Below are positions 36,169-47,003 of a DNA stretch of 64,000 bases, piece by piece. The DNA is taken from assembly GCA_947628735.1 (NCBI GenBank), contig CANRAY010000003.1, forward strand, positions 23,028-87,027. The letters are read 5' to 3'. The notes under the pieces are model-generated. The model was not told the DNA's origin, did not search any database, and saw only the letters and a list, made by a program, of their open reading frames with translations. A program made the translations under genes and the position numbers. The DNA comes from an uncultured Clostridia bacterium. GTDB taxonomy: Bacteria; Bacillota; Clostridia; TANB77; CAG-508. The first letter of the stretch is position 1; every line of letters begins with the position of its first letter.

Positions 36169-36432
36169 ATGACAAAAGAAAGAAAACAAGAAATCATTGA
36201 AACTTATAGAAGAGATGAAAAAGATACTGGTTCACCAGAAGTTCAAATAGCTCTTCTAACAGAAAGAATTAATGAATTAACAGAACATCTTAAAGTTCAT
36301 CAAAAAGATAATCACTCAAGAAGAGGATTATTAAAAATGGTAGGATCAAGAAGAAACCTATTAAACTACTTATTAAGGAAAGATGAGCAAAGATATAAAG
36401 AAATTGTTGATAAATTAGGATTAAGAAAATAA
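36169..36432 (+). CDS. rpsO: 30S ribosomal protein S15
   Basis: [13 protein letters not shown]...KDNHSRRGL. Confidence 0.98.
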   Translation: MTKERKQEIIETYRRDEKDTGSPEVQIALLTERINELTEHLKVHQKDNHSRRGLLKMVGSRRNLLNYLLRKDEQRYKEIVDKLGLRK

Positions 36433-36489
36433 AAACTAACATTGGACGTTTGGCTTATGCTAAAACGTCCAATTTTCAAGGAGGAAATT

Positions 36490-38607
36490 ATGTTTAAAAG
36501 TTATAGTACACAATTAGCAGGAAGAGAACTAACAATTGAAACAGGAAAAATAGCAGGACTAGCTAATGGTAGTGTTGTTGTAAAATACGGAGACACAGTT
36601 GTTATGGTAAATGTTACTGCTGCAAAAGAACCAAAAGAAGGTGTAGATTTTTTCCCACTTTCAGTAGATTATGAAGAAAAACTATATGCAGTAGGAAAAA
36701 TTCCAGGAGGATTTACCAAAAGAGAAGGAAAACCTTCAGACAAAGCAATATTAACATCTAGAGCAATAGATAGACCATTACGTCCATTATTCCCAAAAGA
36801 TTTTCGTAATGATGTATGTGTTGTAGCAACAGTCCTTTCAGTAGAACAAGACAATAGCCCAGAAGTATGTAGTATGATAGGTGCAGCAGCTGCATTAGCA
36901 ATTTCAGATATACCATTTGGAGGACCAACAGCAGCAGTAGCTGTAGGTTGGGTTGATGGAGAAATTGTAATTAATCCAACAGCTGAGCAAAGAGAGAAAA
37001 GTAAATTAACAGCAACTGTAGCAGGAACATTAGAAAAAATTACAATGATTGAAGCAGGAGCAGATGAAATTCCAAATGATACGATGTTAGAAGCAATAAA
37101 AAAAGCACATGAAGAAATCAAAAAGATTTGTAATTTTATATCTGATATCCAAGCAGAAATTGGAAAACCAAAATTTGAATATAAATCATTTGCAGTTGAT
37201 CCTGAATTTTATAAAGAAATTGTTGAAAACTTTAAAGATAGAATGTATCAAGATGTACAAGCTACTGACAAAGAAGTAAGAGATGCTAACATAGAAAAAA
37301 TTACAGAAGACATTACAGCATATGTAACTGAAAAGTATGGAGAAGAAACTGCAGAAGAAAGAAAAACAGATATTGCAGATAGTGTTCATGATTTAGAAAA
37401 AGCATGTGTAAGAGAAATGATATTAGAAGAACACAAACGTCCAGATGGAAGAAAAATAGATGAAATCCGTCCACTTTCATGTGAAGTAGATGTATTACCA
37501 AGAGTTCACGGAAGTGCTATATTTACAAGAGGACAAACACAAGTTATGTCTGTTGTAACACTTGGAATGAAAAGTGAAGAACAAATGCTAGATGGAATAG
37601 ATGAAGAAGAATCAAAAAGATATATGCATCAATACAATTTCCCATCATATAGCGTAGGAGAGGCAAGACCTTCAAGAGGACCAGGAAGAAGAGAAATTGG
37701 ACATGGTGCTTTAGCAGAAAAAGCATTAGTTCCAGTATTACCATCAGAAGAAGAATTTCCTTATTCTATGAGAGTAGTGTCAGAAGTATTATCTTCAAAT
37801 GGATCAACATCACAAGCTAGTATTTGTGGAAGTACACTTGCTCTTATGGCTGCCGGAGTTCCAATTCGTAAACCAGTAGCAGGAATTTCAACAGGACTAG
37901 TAACAGATAAAAATGATCCAAATAGATATATTATGCTAACAGATATTCAAGGAATAGAAGACTTCTTTGGAGATATGGACTTTAAAGTAGGTGGTACAAA
38001 AGATGGAATTACAGCAATTCAAGTAGATATAAAAATAGATGGATTAACTTATGATATTATCGCAGAAGCTTTTGCAAGAACAAAAGTAGCAAGAGATTAT
38101 ATTTTAGATGAAATCATGCTACCAGTAATTTCAGAACCAAGAAAAGAAGTTTCAAAATATGCACCAAGAATATTAACATCAAAGATTAGTGTAGATAAAA
38201 TAAAAGATGTTATCGGACCTGGCGGAAAAATGATTAATAAAATTATAGATGAAACAGGTGTAAAAATAGACATCGAAGAAGACGGAAGTGTATGCGTATA
38301 TAGTAATGATATGGATAGTGCACAAAAGGCAATGAAAATGATAGAAAATATAGCAAGAGAAATCGAAGTAAATGGTATATATGATGGAGTTGTTACAAGA
38401 ATAATGTCATTCGGTGCTTTTGTTGATGTTGGAGGAGGAAAAGAAGGTTTACTACATATTTCAAAAATATCAAGCAAAAGAGTAGAAAAAGTAGAAGATG
38501 TCCTATCAGTTGGTGACGAAGTTACTGTAAAAGTATATGAGATAGATAATCAAGGAAGAATTAATCTTACTATGAAAGACTTAGAGGCAAGTCAACAAGA
38601 AGAATAA
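36490..38607 (+). CDS. pnp: Polyribonucleotide nucleotidyltransferase
   Basis: GKIPGGF, RREIGHG, GDMDFKV, KH and S1 domains; ATG 36490 after AAGGAGG; hairpin at 36442-36472. Confidence 0.98.
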   Translation: MFKSYSTQLAGRELTIETGKIAGLANGSVVVKYGDTVVMVNVTAAKEPKEGVDFFPLSVDYEEKLYAVGKIPGGFTKREGKPSDKAILTSRAIDRPLRPLFPKDFRNDVCVVATVLSVEQDNSPEVCSMIGAAAALAISDIPFGGPTAAVAVGWVDGEIVINPTAEQREKSKLTATVAGTLEKITMIEAGADEIPNDTMLEAIKKAHEEIKKICNFISDIQAEIGKPKFEYKSFAVDPEFYKEIVENFKDRMYQDVQATDKEVRDANIEKITEDITAYVTEKYGEETAEERKTDIADSVHDLEKACVREMILEEHKRPDGRKIDEIRPLSCEVDVLPRVHGSAIFTRGQTQVMSVVTLGMKSEEQMLDGIDEEESKRYMHQYNFPSYSVGEARPSRGPGRREIGHGALAEKALVPVLPSEEEFPYSMRVVSEVLSSNGSTSQASICGSTLALMAAGVPIRKPVAGISTGLVTDKNDPNRYIMLTDIQGIEDFFGDMDFKVGGTKDGITAIQVDIKIDGLTYDIIAEAFARTKVARDYILDEIMLPVISEPRKEVSKYAPRILTSKISVDKIKDVIGPGGKMINKIIDETGVKIDIEEDGSVCVYSNDMDSAQKAMKMIENIAREIEVNGIYDGVVTRIMSFGAFVDVGGGKEGLLHISKISSKRVEKVEDVLSVGDEVTVKVYEIDNQGRINLTMKDLEASQQEE

Positions 38608-38731
38608 AAACAATTAAAATTAAATATTGACAGAAATAAAATTTAGCATTATATTTTAGTATAGTACAAAAGATAAAAAGTTCAATCGTCATTAAAAGAA
38701 CAAATAATAAACAAAAGAGGGGAGAACTAAT

Positions 38732-40216
38732 ATGAAGATACAAGACAAACTAAAATCAAATAATGGTATTACATTAATAGCATTAGTTGTAACAATTATT
38801 ATATTAATTATACTTGCAGTAATTAGCATAAATGCTATATTAGGGGAAGATGGATTAATTGCAGATGCAGAAAAAGCTAGAATAGAACATACACATGGTG
38901 TAGTATGGGAAGGCGTAGAATTAGAATATTCAAATTTCTGGACTAATAAAGCAATGGATGGAGGCCACTTAATATCATATTTTCAAGATAGAGAAATAAT
39001 ACCACTTGCAGAACAAGCAGGGGGATATGTTATTAATGTAGAAAAATTAATAGGTCAAAGACAATTTTTGGGAAATGGAACAGATGGACAAAATGATGTA
39101 TATAAATTAGAAGAAGTAGATCCAGGAACAAAATATAGAGTAAAATACTATGGAGATAGTGGAGATAGAGTATTAGGATATCTAGAAGATGATCTTAATA
39201 ATATGGAAGAAGAAGGTAAAGAAAATATACAAGTAACAAAAAAAGTAGCTAATACACCAACAAATGGAAAATACTATACAGTAGGTGAAACAATACAATA
39301 TGAATTAACTGTAACTAACCTTAGTGGATTACAAATGACAAATATTCATGTATCAGATATATTAACAGCAGGAGGAAAAGAATACAAACCAGGTGATGGA
39401 ACTAACAATATTAAAGTAACATCTGGAAATGTTACAGAAAATAATGGAGATTTTGTTATATCTTCTTTAAATGCACACTCAAGTGTTACTATTACTTGTG
39501 AATATACGGTACAAGAAAATGATGGTGCAACCGGAGATGTTGTATTAAACAAAGTAACAAATGTAACTGCAGATCAAACTGTTGTATTAAAAGGTGAATT
39601 ACCTCAAGTAGAAGTGGATGTTTCAAATTATTTCATAGTAGAAGTATCAATAGACATGGAACAGATTATAGAAAATATTATTATAGAAGAAGCTAGAAAA
39701 GAACTAGTTACAGATAGAAATCCACATCCAGCATATACAAATAACCCTGAATTAGAAGCAAAAGTAGCAGAAAAGGAGACAGGTGATTGGCAAACAAAAT
39801 ATTGGAATCTAATAGATCAAGCTGTAAGAAGACATAACTTGACATGGGCAGATATTACACATACTACATTCACCATAGAATGTAGTCCAAATGATGGTGA
39901 AGATCAAAATATAGAAATAGAATTTACACCAAATGAAAGAGACTTAAATACACAAACAATTAGAAAAAAAGTTTATATAACAACTGATTGTGACTCAATT
40001 ATGGTATATGAACAAATGCCACAAGTAACGAAAAAACATAGTGAAGCTTATGAATATGGAGAAGATAATTTATATATTCCAAAAGAATATATAATATCTG
40101 GAGATGAAAATAATATATATGTAGATTTAACAAGTGATGATGAGAATGATCATATAGCAAGATTGGAAAATAGCTGGACTACTTATTTTGACGAAAGTGC
40201 TGAAAATGACTCATAG
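38732..40216 (+). CDS. Large type IV pilin-like protein with DUF11/Ig-like domain
   Basis: Class III signal KSNNG|ITLIALVVTIIILIILA; VGETIQYELTVTN...V.D.L. Confidence 0.75.
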   Translation: MKIQDKLKSNNGITLIALVVTIIILIILAVISINAILGEDGLIADAEKARIEHTHGVVWEGVELEYSNFWTNKAMDGGHLISYFQDREIIPLAEQAGGYVINVEKLIGQRQFLGNGTDGQNDVYKLEEVDPGTKYRVKYYGDSGDRVLGYLEDDLNNMEEEGKENIQVTKKVANTPTNGKYYTVGETIQYELTVTNLSGLQMTNIHVSDILTAGGKEYKPGDGTNNIKVTSGNVTENNGDFVISSLNAHSSVTITCEYTVQENDGATGDVVLNKVTNVTADQTVVLKGELPQVEVDVSNYFIVEVSIDMEQIIENIIIEEARKELVTDRNPHPAYTNNPELEAKVAEKETGDWQTKYWNLIDQAVRRHNLTWADITHTTFTIECSPNDGEDQNIEIEFTPNERDLNTQTIRKKVYITTDCDSIMVYEQMPQVTKKHSEAYEYGEDNLYIPKEYIISGDENNIYVDLTSDDENDHIARLENSWTTYFDESAENDS

Positions 40217-40430
40217 TAAAACAATAAAACAATAGAAAATATATCCTTTTATATTTAATTATATAAAAGGGTATTTTTTTATTAATATTTTATTAATATC
40301 AATTTTTAAAGTTGCAAAAAATGTAAAATGATAGTATAATAATAAAGGTAATTTTTTAAATGAAATCGGAATACAGAAATAAGCTAAGAGCATAATAATA
40401 TAAAGGAAAAAGAGATAAAAGGAGAAAAAA

Positions 40431-41657
40431 ATGGAATACATATATATGGTGCAACAGGCACTAGTATGGATTATTACAATATTCTGGATATATCAATTTA
40501 TCATTAGTATATGTTCATTAGTAAAATTAAAAGAAAAACCAATTATAGAAGAAAAAGTAAATCGATTTATGGCTATTATACCAGCCCATAACGAAGAAAA
40601 TGTTATTGGACCATTAGTAAAAAGTTTAAGAGAACAAAGATATCCAAAAGAATATTTTGATATTTATGTAATTGCTGATAACTGTACAGATAGAACGGCA
40701 GAAATTGCGAAAAGAGAAGGCGCAATTGTATATAAAAGATTTGATGAAAAAAATAAAACAAAAGGCCATGCTTTAAAATGGTTTTTAGACCAGAAAATCA
40801 AAGAAGATGCTCCATATGATGCATTTTGCATATTTGACGCAGATAACATTGTAGATAAAAACTTCTTAAAGGCAATGAATAAAAAATTATGTCAAGGAGA
40901 AGAAGTAGTACAAGGATATAGAGATATAAAAAATCCAACAGATAGTTGGGTTACAGCAGGATATGCTATTTTCTATTGGACAATGAATCGTTTCTACCAT
41001 CTAGCAAGATACAATGTAGGATTATCACCTTTAATTAATGGTACTGGATTTATGGTAAAATTTGATGTAATAAAACCAGATGGATGGGACACAAACACAT
41101 TAACAGAGGATATTGAATTCTCTCTAAAAAGAATAATAAAAGGAAAAAAATTAGGATGGGCAACAAATGCAATTGTATATGATGAACAACCAGTAGGATT
41201 TAAACAATCATGGAAGCAAAGAACAAGATGGACAGTAGGACATATTCAATGTTTGGAAGAATATACAAAACCATTAGCAACAGCAATAAAAGAACATAAA
41301 ACATTAATGAATTTTGATGGATTGTTGTATTTAATAGGTACACTTCCTATGTTTGTACTAACTTTGATATTATTATTAATTAATTTTATTATATTTGCAG
41401 CAAATGGAATGACAGCAGTAGATTTAATAGTAAATTGTTTGCGATATTTTATACCAACTTTCCTTTTACCAATTTTTACAGCATTATTAATTATGGCATT
41501 AGATAAGAAACCAATAAAATCAATGTTAAAAGGATTAATTTGTTATCCATTATTTTTAGGATCTTGGTTAGTTATTAATTTTAAATGCTTATTTAAACGT
41601 GATACAAGTTGGGACAAAATTGAACATGTTAGAAATATTAATATACATGAAGCGTAA
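40431..41657 (+). CDS. Processive-type GT2 glycosyltransferase
   Basis: IPAHNEE, ADNCTD, FDAD, TED, QRTRW. Confidence 0.9.
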   Translation: MEYIYMVQQALVWIITIFWIYQFIISICSLVKLKEKPIIEEKVNRFMAIIPAHNEENVIGPLVKSLREQRYPKEYFDIYVIADNCTDRTAEIAKREGAIVYKRFDEKNKTKGHALKWFLDQKIKEDAPYDAFCIFDADNIVDKNFLKAMNKKLCQGEEVVQGYRDIKNPTDSWVTAGYAIFYWTMNRFYHLARYNVGLSPLINGTGFMVKFDVIKPDGWDTNTLTEDIEFSLKRIIKGKKLGWATNAIVYDEQPVGFKQSWKQRTRWTVGHIQCLEEYTKPLATAIKEHKTLMNFDGLLYLIGTLPMFVLTLILLLINFIIFAANGMTAVDLIVNCLRYFIPTFLLPIFTALLIMALDKKPIKSMLKGLICYPLFLGSWLVINFKCLFKRDTSWDKIEHVRNINIHEA

Positions 41658-41671
41658 GAGGAGGAAAAAAT

Positions 41672-42355
41672 ATGCAATATAGAATATTAGGTCAAACAGT
41701 ACCAGTTGTAGAATTATTATTAAATAATGGAGAATCAATATATACACAAACAGGAGGAATGTCATATCAAACTGATGGAATTGAAATGAACACTAATGCA
41801 AGAGGCGGAATTATGAAAAGCTTAGGAAGAGCCTTTGCAGGAGAGTCAATGTTCATGGCAACATATACAGCAAGAAAAGATAATGCAATAATAGCATTTG
41901 CAACTACAGTTCCAGGAAATATAAAACCAATTGATATAACACAAATGCCAAATGGAATTATTGTACAAAAAGGATCTTTCTTATGTGCAGAACCAGGTGT
42001 AGAAATGAACATAACCTTTACAAAAAGATTTGGAGCAGGATTATTTGGAGGAGAAGGATTTATTTTACAAAAGGCACAAGGTAGAGGAATGTTATTCTTA
42101 GAAGTAGATGGTGATCCTATTGAAAGAGACTTAATGCCAGGAGAAGTGCTAAAGGTAGACACAGGTAATGTAGTTGCATTTGAATCAACTGTATCTTATG
42201 AAATTGAAACAGTAAAAGGATTAGGAAACATTTTCTTAGGTGGAGAGGGACTTTTCTTAACAAAATTAGTAGGACCAGGTAAAGTTATTTTACAATCACA
42301 AAACTTTGGAGACTTTGTAGGAAGAATAATTCCATTTTTACCCTCCAATAGATAA
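41672..42355 (+). CDS. AIM24/TIGR00266 family protein
   Basis: GESMF, FGGEGF, GGEGLF..GPG...QS. Confidence 0.85.
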   Translation: MQYRILGQTVPVVELLLNNGESIYTQTGGMSYQTDGIEMNTNARGGIMKSLGRAFAGESMFMATYTARKDNAIIAFATTVPGNIKPIDITQMPNGIIVQKGSFLCAEPGVEMNITFTKRFGAGLFGGEGFILQKAQGRGMLFLEVDGDPIERDLMPGEVLKVDTGNVVAFESTVSYEIETVKGLGNIFLGGEGLFLTKLVGPGKVILQSQNFGDFVGRIIPFLPSNR

Positions 42356-42432
42356 TGAAAAAACAGATGAAAATGGATAAAAATAATACTTGACTTTTAT
42401 TAAGTAATATGATATTATATTTAAGTCAAACA

Positions 42433-42563
42433 AAGAAGAAGCAATCCACTTCTCACCTTAACTTAAGTAGAAAAAGGTTAAAACTTAAATATAATGTAAA
42501 TAAAAATATTATATCTAAATAGTTAAGAGTGGATTGATTTGTTTATGACAAATCAATTTTTTT
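42433..42563 (+). promoter_or_regulatory. L20 leader (infC-rpmI-rplT attenuator)
   Basis: AGAAGCAATCCACTTCTCACC...GAGTGGATTG pairing overlaps terminator ATTGATTTGT-ACAAATCAAT-T run. Confidence 0.75.
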
Positions 42564-42588
42564 ATGGAAAATTTGGAGGTGTTTTACT

Positions 42589-43107
42589 ATAAAACAAGAA
42601 TTACCAATCAATGAACAAATTAGAGCAAATAAAGTTCAAGTAATTGATGATTTAGGCGAAAAAAAAGGAATTATGGATTTAGATTATGCTTTAGACTTAG
42701 CATATGACAAAAAATTAGACTTAGTATTGGTTGCACCAAACTCTGAGCCACCAGTATGTAAAATCATGAATTATGGAAAATACAAATTCGAACAAGCTAA
42801 AAAAGAAAAAGAAGCTAAGAAAAAGCAAAAGGTGTATGAACTAAAAGAAATTAGAATTACACCAAACATTGAACAACATGATTTTGAATTTAAAGTAAAA
42901 AATACAAGAAAATTCTTAGAGGATGGAAATAAGGTAAAAGTAACAGTTAGATTTAGGGGTAGAGAATTAAATTACATAAAATTAGGAGAAGACAACCTAA
43001 ATCGATTTGCAGAAGCACTAGAAGATATAGCAGTACCAGAAAAAAAGGCTGTCCTAGAAGGAAAGAATATGTTTATTATACTAGTTAAAAAAGAAGTAAA
43101 AAACTAG
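42589..43107 (+). CDS. infC: Translation initiation factor IF-3, non-canonical ATA start
   Basis: GGAGGTG SD 7 nt before ATA; in-frame INEQIR upstream of the track's ATG. Confidence 0.92.
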   Translation: MKQELPINEQIRANKVQVIDDLGEKKGIMDLDYALDLAYDKKLDLVLVAPNSEPPVCKIMNYGKYKFEQAKKEKEAKKKQKVYELKEIRITPNIEQHDFEFKVKNTRKFLEDGNKVKVTVRFRGRELNYIKLGEDNLNRFAEALEDIAVPEKKAVLEGKNMFIILVKKEVKN

Positions 43108-43151
43108 TATTTAAATAAAAAGATTTTTTTAAGATACAAGGAGGAAATATT

Positions 43152-43355
43152 ATGCCAAAATTAAAAACAAATAAAGCAGCAAAGAAAAGATATTCATATA
43201 CTGCAACAGGTAAAGTAAAAAGAACAAAATCAAATAGAAGACATCTTTTAGCAAGAAAAACATCAAGAGCAAAATCAAGAGGTAAAGTACAAGATGCTTA
43301 TGCAGATAAAACATGCGAAGCAGGAATCAAAAGATTATTACCATATGGTAACTAA
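43152..43355 (+). CDS. rpmI: 50S ribosomal protein L35
   Basis: MPKLKTNKAAKKR...HLL. Confidence 0.95.
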   Translation: MPKLKTNKAAKKRYSYTATGKVKRTKSNRRHLLARKTSRAKSRGKVQDAYADKTCEAGIKRLLPYGN

Positions 43356-43387
43356 TCAATATGAAAAATAAGTAAGGAGGCAATAAA

Positions 43388-43738
43388 ATGGCAAGAGTAA
43401 AAACAGCAATTATCACTCGTAAAAAACATAAAAAAATATTAAAAAGAGCAAAAGGATATTATGGTGCAAAACATTATAGATTTAGACAAGCAAAACAAGC
43501 TGTTATGAAATCTGGAATGTATGCATATGTAGGAAGAAAAGATAAAAAGAGCAATTTTAGAAAATTATGGATTGCAAGAATTAATGCTGCTGCAAGAATG
43601 AACGGAACAACTTACAGCAAAATGATAGCTGGATTAAAGAAAGCAAACATTGTTATAAATAGAAAAATGTTAGCTGATTTAGCAGTTACAGATGCAAAAG
43701 CTTTTTCAGAATTAGCAGAAAAAGCAAAAAAAGCATAG
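43388..43738 (+). CDS. rplT: 50S ribosomal protein L20
   Basis: MARVK...AKGYYG...[12 protein letters not shown]. Confidence 0.98.
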   Translation: MARVKTAIITRKKHKKILKRAKGYYGAKHYRFRQAKQAVMKSGMYAYVGRKDKKSNFRKLWIARINAAARMNGTTYSKMIAGLKKANIVINRKMLADLAVTDAKAFSELAEKAKKA

Positions 43739-43804
43739 ATCTACATTAAGTGTACAAAAAATTAAGTGAAATAAAAATGAATATAAAAAAATTAAAAACA
43801 AATA

Positions 43805-43848
43805 AAAACAACTAAAATGTGATGTTCACAAATTTAGTTGTTTTTTTA
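43805..43848 (+). terminator. Terminator after rplT
   Basis: AAAACAACTAAA...TTTAGTTGTTTTTTTT. Confidence 0.75.
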
Positions 43849-43905
43849 TAATTTGCAATTCATAACAAAATTCGATATAATATTTCAAAAACAGAGGAGA
43901 AAGAT

Positions 43906-44484
43906 ATGAAAATAGGAATAGACATAGATGGCGTAATAGAAGATTTAAATCAATTTAGACTAGATTATGGAATAAAATTTTGCTATGAACACAAAATTCC
44001 ATATAAAATAACATTAGAAGAATATTATGAAGGAAAAGCACTAGGAATTAGTGATGAACAGGAAGAATTATTTTGGAATGAATATTTAGAATATTATGCA
44101 ACTACATATCATCCTAAAACATTTGCAAAAGAAGTAATTGACATTTTAAAAGAAAAACATGAAATTTATATTATCACAGCAAGAAATGAACAAGGACTTC
44201 CACCAGAAACATATGGACATATGCAAGATATGGTAAAACAATGGTTAAGCAAAAACGACATAAAATATGATAAATTAATTTTTACACAAAAAGGAAAATT
44301 GATAGCATGTTTAGAAAATGAAATAGATATTATGGTAGAAGATTCACCTAAAAACATAAACGAAATTGATGGAAAGATACCAGTACTTTGCTTTGATAAC
44401 CCATATAACAAAAATGTAGAAGGAAATAATATAACTAGAGTATATAGTTGGTATGATGTACTAAATAAAATAGAAAATTATTAA
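43906..44484 (+). CDS. HAD-superfamily 5'-nucleotidase-like protein
   Basis: IGIDIDGV, ITAR, K, VEDS motifs. Confidence 0.8.
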   Translation: MKIGIDIDGVIEDLNQFRLDYGIKFCYEHKIPYKITLEEYYEGKALGISDEQEELFWNEYLEYYATTYHPKTFAKEVIDILKEKHEIYIITARNEQGLPPETYGHMQDMVKQWLSKNDIKYDKLIFTQKGKLIACLENEIDIMVEDSPKNINEIDGKIPVLCFDNPYNKNVEGNNITRVYSWYDVLNKIENY

Positions 44485-44498
44485 AATCTGTTATTTTT

Positions 44499-44528
44499 GC
44501 ATAAAAAATCCTCTTTACAAACAAACTA
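44499..44528 (+). promoter_or_regulatory. Candidate sigma-G promoter
   Basis: GCATA-18 nt-CAAACTA fits GHATA-N18-CAWAHTA. Confidence 0.45.
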
Positions 44529-44580
44529 AAAAGAGGTAATATAAATAATGTAGATATTTTTAACTAAAGGAGGAAGAAAA

Positions 44581-44709
44581 ATGGCAAAAAAAGAAAATAA
44601 CAAAAAACGCCATGATGTAGGAAAAATCGCAACTAGAATTTTAGCAGCTGTTTTAGCTTTAATGATGGTAGCAGCAACAGTTGCAACATTAGTTATGTAT
44701 TTAATATAA
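44581..44709 (+). CDS. 42-aa single-TM small protein
   Basis: SD AAGGAGG; MAKKENNKKRHDVGKIATRILAAVLALMMVAATVATLVMYLI; not in ORF track. Confidence 0.7.
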   Translation: MAKKENNKKRHDVGKIATRILAAVLALMMVAATVATLVMYLI

Positions 44710-44729
44710 AGCAATAACAAAGGAGAAAT

Positions 44730-45677
44730 ATGGATACTTTTTCAATAAATTTTAATAATTTTATAAGAGACATAGCAACATATTTTACAGAAATATATCA
44801 TAATCCATTTTTATTAGTAACATTTATACTAGATTTGGCTATAGTTATATTTTTAGTATATAAATTTTTAGTATCTGCAAGAAATTCAAGAGCATGGCAA
44901 TTATTAAAAGGAATTATATTAATTATTATAGCTACTATACTAAGCGATATTTTACAATTTCGCATTTTAAATTATATTTTAACAGTGTTTATGCCATATG
45001 GAGTAATTGCTTTAATGATTATTTTTCAACCTGAATTACGTAGAATGCTAGAACAATTAGGTACTAATAAATTTACGAGATTTTTTGGATTCACAGATAA
45101 AGATCTAGCAACAAAGGCGAAAGAAGATATTTATAAAGTTGTTATTGCAGCAAAAGAAATGTCAAACCAAAAAATAGGTGGAATTATTGTATTTGAAAGA
45201 GATATACAATTAGCAGATATTATGGATTCAGGCGTAAAAATCGGAGCAGACATTTCACCACAAATGTTAGTAAATATCTTTGTACCTAAAACACCTTTAC
45301 ATGATGGAGCTGTTATTATCAGTAAAAATAAAATTGAAGCAGCTGCATGTATTTTACCATTAGCAGATGATAAAAAATTAGGAAATGGATTAGGAACAAG
45401 ACATAGAGCAGCTATTGGAATTTCAAGAGAAACTGATGCTATTGCAGTTGTTATATCAGAAGAAACAGGAAAAATATCAATTGCAAAAGATGGAACTTTG
45501 ATAGCAGATTTAAAAGAAGAAGCATTAAAAAATATTTTAATAAAAAATCTAGTAACTAAAAAATATGGCGAAGAAGAAAAATTAAAATCTCCAGCCAAAA
45601 AGAAAGAAAAGAAAGAGAAAAAGGAAAAAAAGAAAAAGAAACCAGAAACTCCAACAGAAAATAAAGAGGAAAAATGA
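44730..45677 (+). CDS. cdaA: Diadenylate cyclase CdaA
   Basis: N-terminal TMs, FQPELRR, LHDGA, GTRHRAA. Confidence 0.93.
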   Translation: MDTFSINFNNFIRDIATYFTEIYHNPFLLVTFILDLAIVIFLVYKFLVSARNSRAWQLLKGIILIIIATILSDILQFRILNYILTVFMPYGVIALMIIFQPELRRMLEQLGTNKFTRFFGFTDKDLATKAKEDIYKVVIAAKEMSNQKIGGIIVFERDIQLADIMDSGVKIGADISPQMLVNIFVPKTPLHDGAVIISKNKIEAAACILPLADDKKLGNGLGTRHRAAIGISRETDAIAVVISEETGKISIAKDGTLIADLKEEALKNILIKNLVTKKYGEEEKLKSPAKKKEKKEKKEKKKKKPETPTENKEEK

Positions 45678-46423
45678 GAAATATAAAGCTAACAATAGAA
45701 TATGATGGAAAAGATTTTAATGGATGGCAAAAACAACCCAAGAAACTAAATATTCAAGGAGAAATAGAAAAGGCAATTTATAACATAACAGGAGAAGAAG
45801 TAGAATTATATGCTTCAGGCAGAACTGATGCAGGAGTACATGCTTTAGGACAAGTAGCAAATTTTAAAACAGAAACTAAAATGCCAATTGAAAAAATTGC
45901 AATTGCAATTAATTCGCAAGTGAAAAATTCAATTCGAATTATTAAAGCAGAAGAAGTTGAAGATGATTTTCACGGTAGATATAATTGCAAACAAAAAACA
46001 TATAGATATATCATTAATAATTCAGCATCCGGAAGTGCCATTTATAGAGGTCTAGAGTATCATATGCCTATAAAATTAGATATAGAAAAAATGAAAAAAG
46101 CAATAAAACATTTTGAAGGAGAACATGACTTTAAAGCTTTTAAATCATCAGGAACAAGTAGCAAAAGTAGTGTTAGAACAATATATAAGACAAGCCTAAC
46201 AAAACAAGAAGATAGAATCATTATTGAATTAACTGGTAATGGTTTTTTATACAATATGGTTAGGATTATTAGCGGAACATTAGTAGATGTTGGATTAGGA
46301 AAAATAGATCCTGATGATATTCCAAACATCATAGAAAAACAAGATAGAACAAAAGCTGGAAAAACTTTACCACCACAAGGATTATATTTAGTAAAAGTAG
46401 AATATGAAAAAAGTAACAAATAA
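45674..46423 (+). CDS. truA: tRNA pseudouridine(38-40) synthase
   Basis: YDG..F.GWQ, GRTDAGVHA, FLYNMVR. Confidence 0.96.
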   Translation: MRNIKLTIEYDGKDFNGWQKQPKKLNIQGEIEKAIYNITGEEVELYASGRTDAGVHALGQVANFKTETKMPIEKIAIAINSQVKNSIRIIKAEEVEDDFHGRYNCKQKTYRYIINNSASGSAIYRGLEYHMPIKLDIEKMKKAIKHFEGEHDFKAFKSSGTSSKSSVRTIYKTSLTKQEDRIIIELTGNGFLYNMVRIISGTLVDVGLGKIDPDDIPNIIEKQDRTKAGKTLPPQGLYLVKVEYEKSNK

Positions 46424-46498
46424 TAGTGATATAACATAAAATATACAAAAACAAAATGCAGAAAGGAGAGTATTGAATTCATCAATACAAGAAAAAAT

Positions 46499-46873
46499 AT
46501 GAATACACTATTATTATTGTTCGCTTTACCAGTATCAACAATTATACTATCGATTGTATTTCAAAAAATATTAAGAAGTCCATTACTGGTAGCTGCTACT
46601 TTTTTTGCAATATATCTTATTGTTACATATACAGCATTTGATTCTTCTTTTTTAATATATGCTATTTTATATACGATATTAGCATATGTTACAGCAATAT
46701 TAACAAGATTAATATGCCAAATCAAAACAAGGTATCATTTATATGAACAACAAAATGAAATCAATTCTAATAATAATAATGGAGCAATTGCTATTATTAA
46801 TGAAAATCAAAATAACGCAACATTTAATGGAAATAATAATGGAAGATATATATGCAGATCTGGAAGAAGATAA
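46499..46873 (+). CDS. DUF2651/YbeF-like membrane protein
   Basis: Three TMs with F.SSFLIY; Asn-rich tail. Confidence 0.55.
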   Translation: MNTLLLLFALPVSTIILSIVFQKILRSPLLVAATFFAIYLIVTYTAFDSSFLIYAILYTILAYVTAILTRLICQIKTRYHLYEQQNEINSNNNNGAIAIINENQNNATFNGNNNGRYICRSGRR

Positions 46874-47003
46874 ATATTACATTTACATTACAACGATATT
46901 AAGTTTGTGTTACAAAAAACTTAATATTGTTGTTTTTTCATATATTATGTTTTATAATGATATAAGTAATAATATTTTGTCAATTTATAAGGAGGAATAA
47001 AAT

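Noticed and set aside
36442-36489. TTG-initiated N-terminal extension of PNPase
   Set aside because: This stretch is an intergenic hairpin; the SD-supported ATG is at 36490
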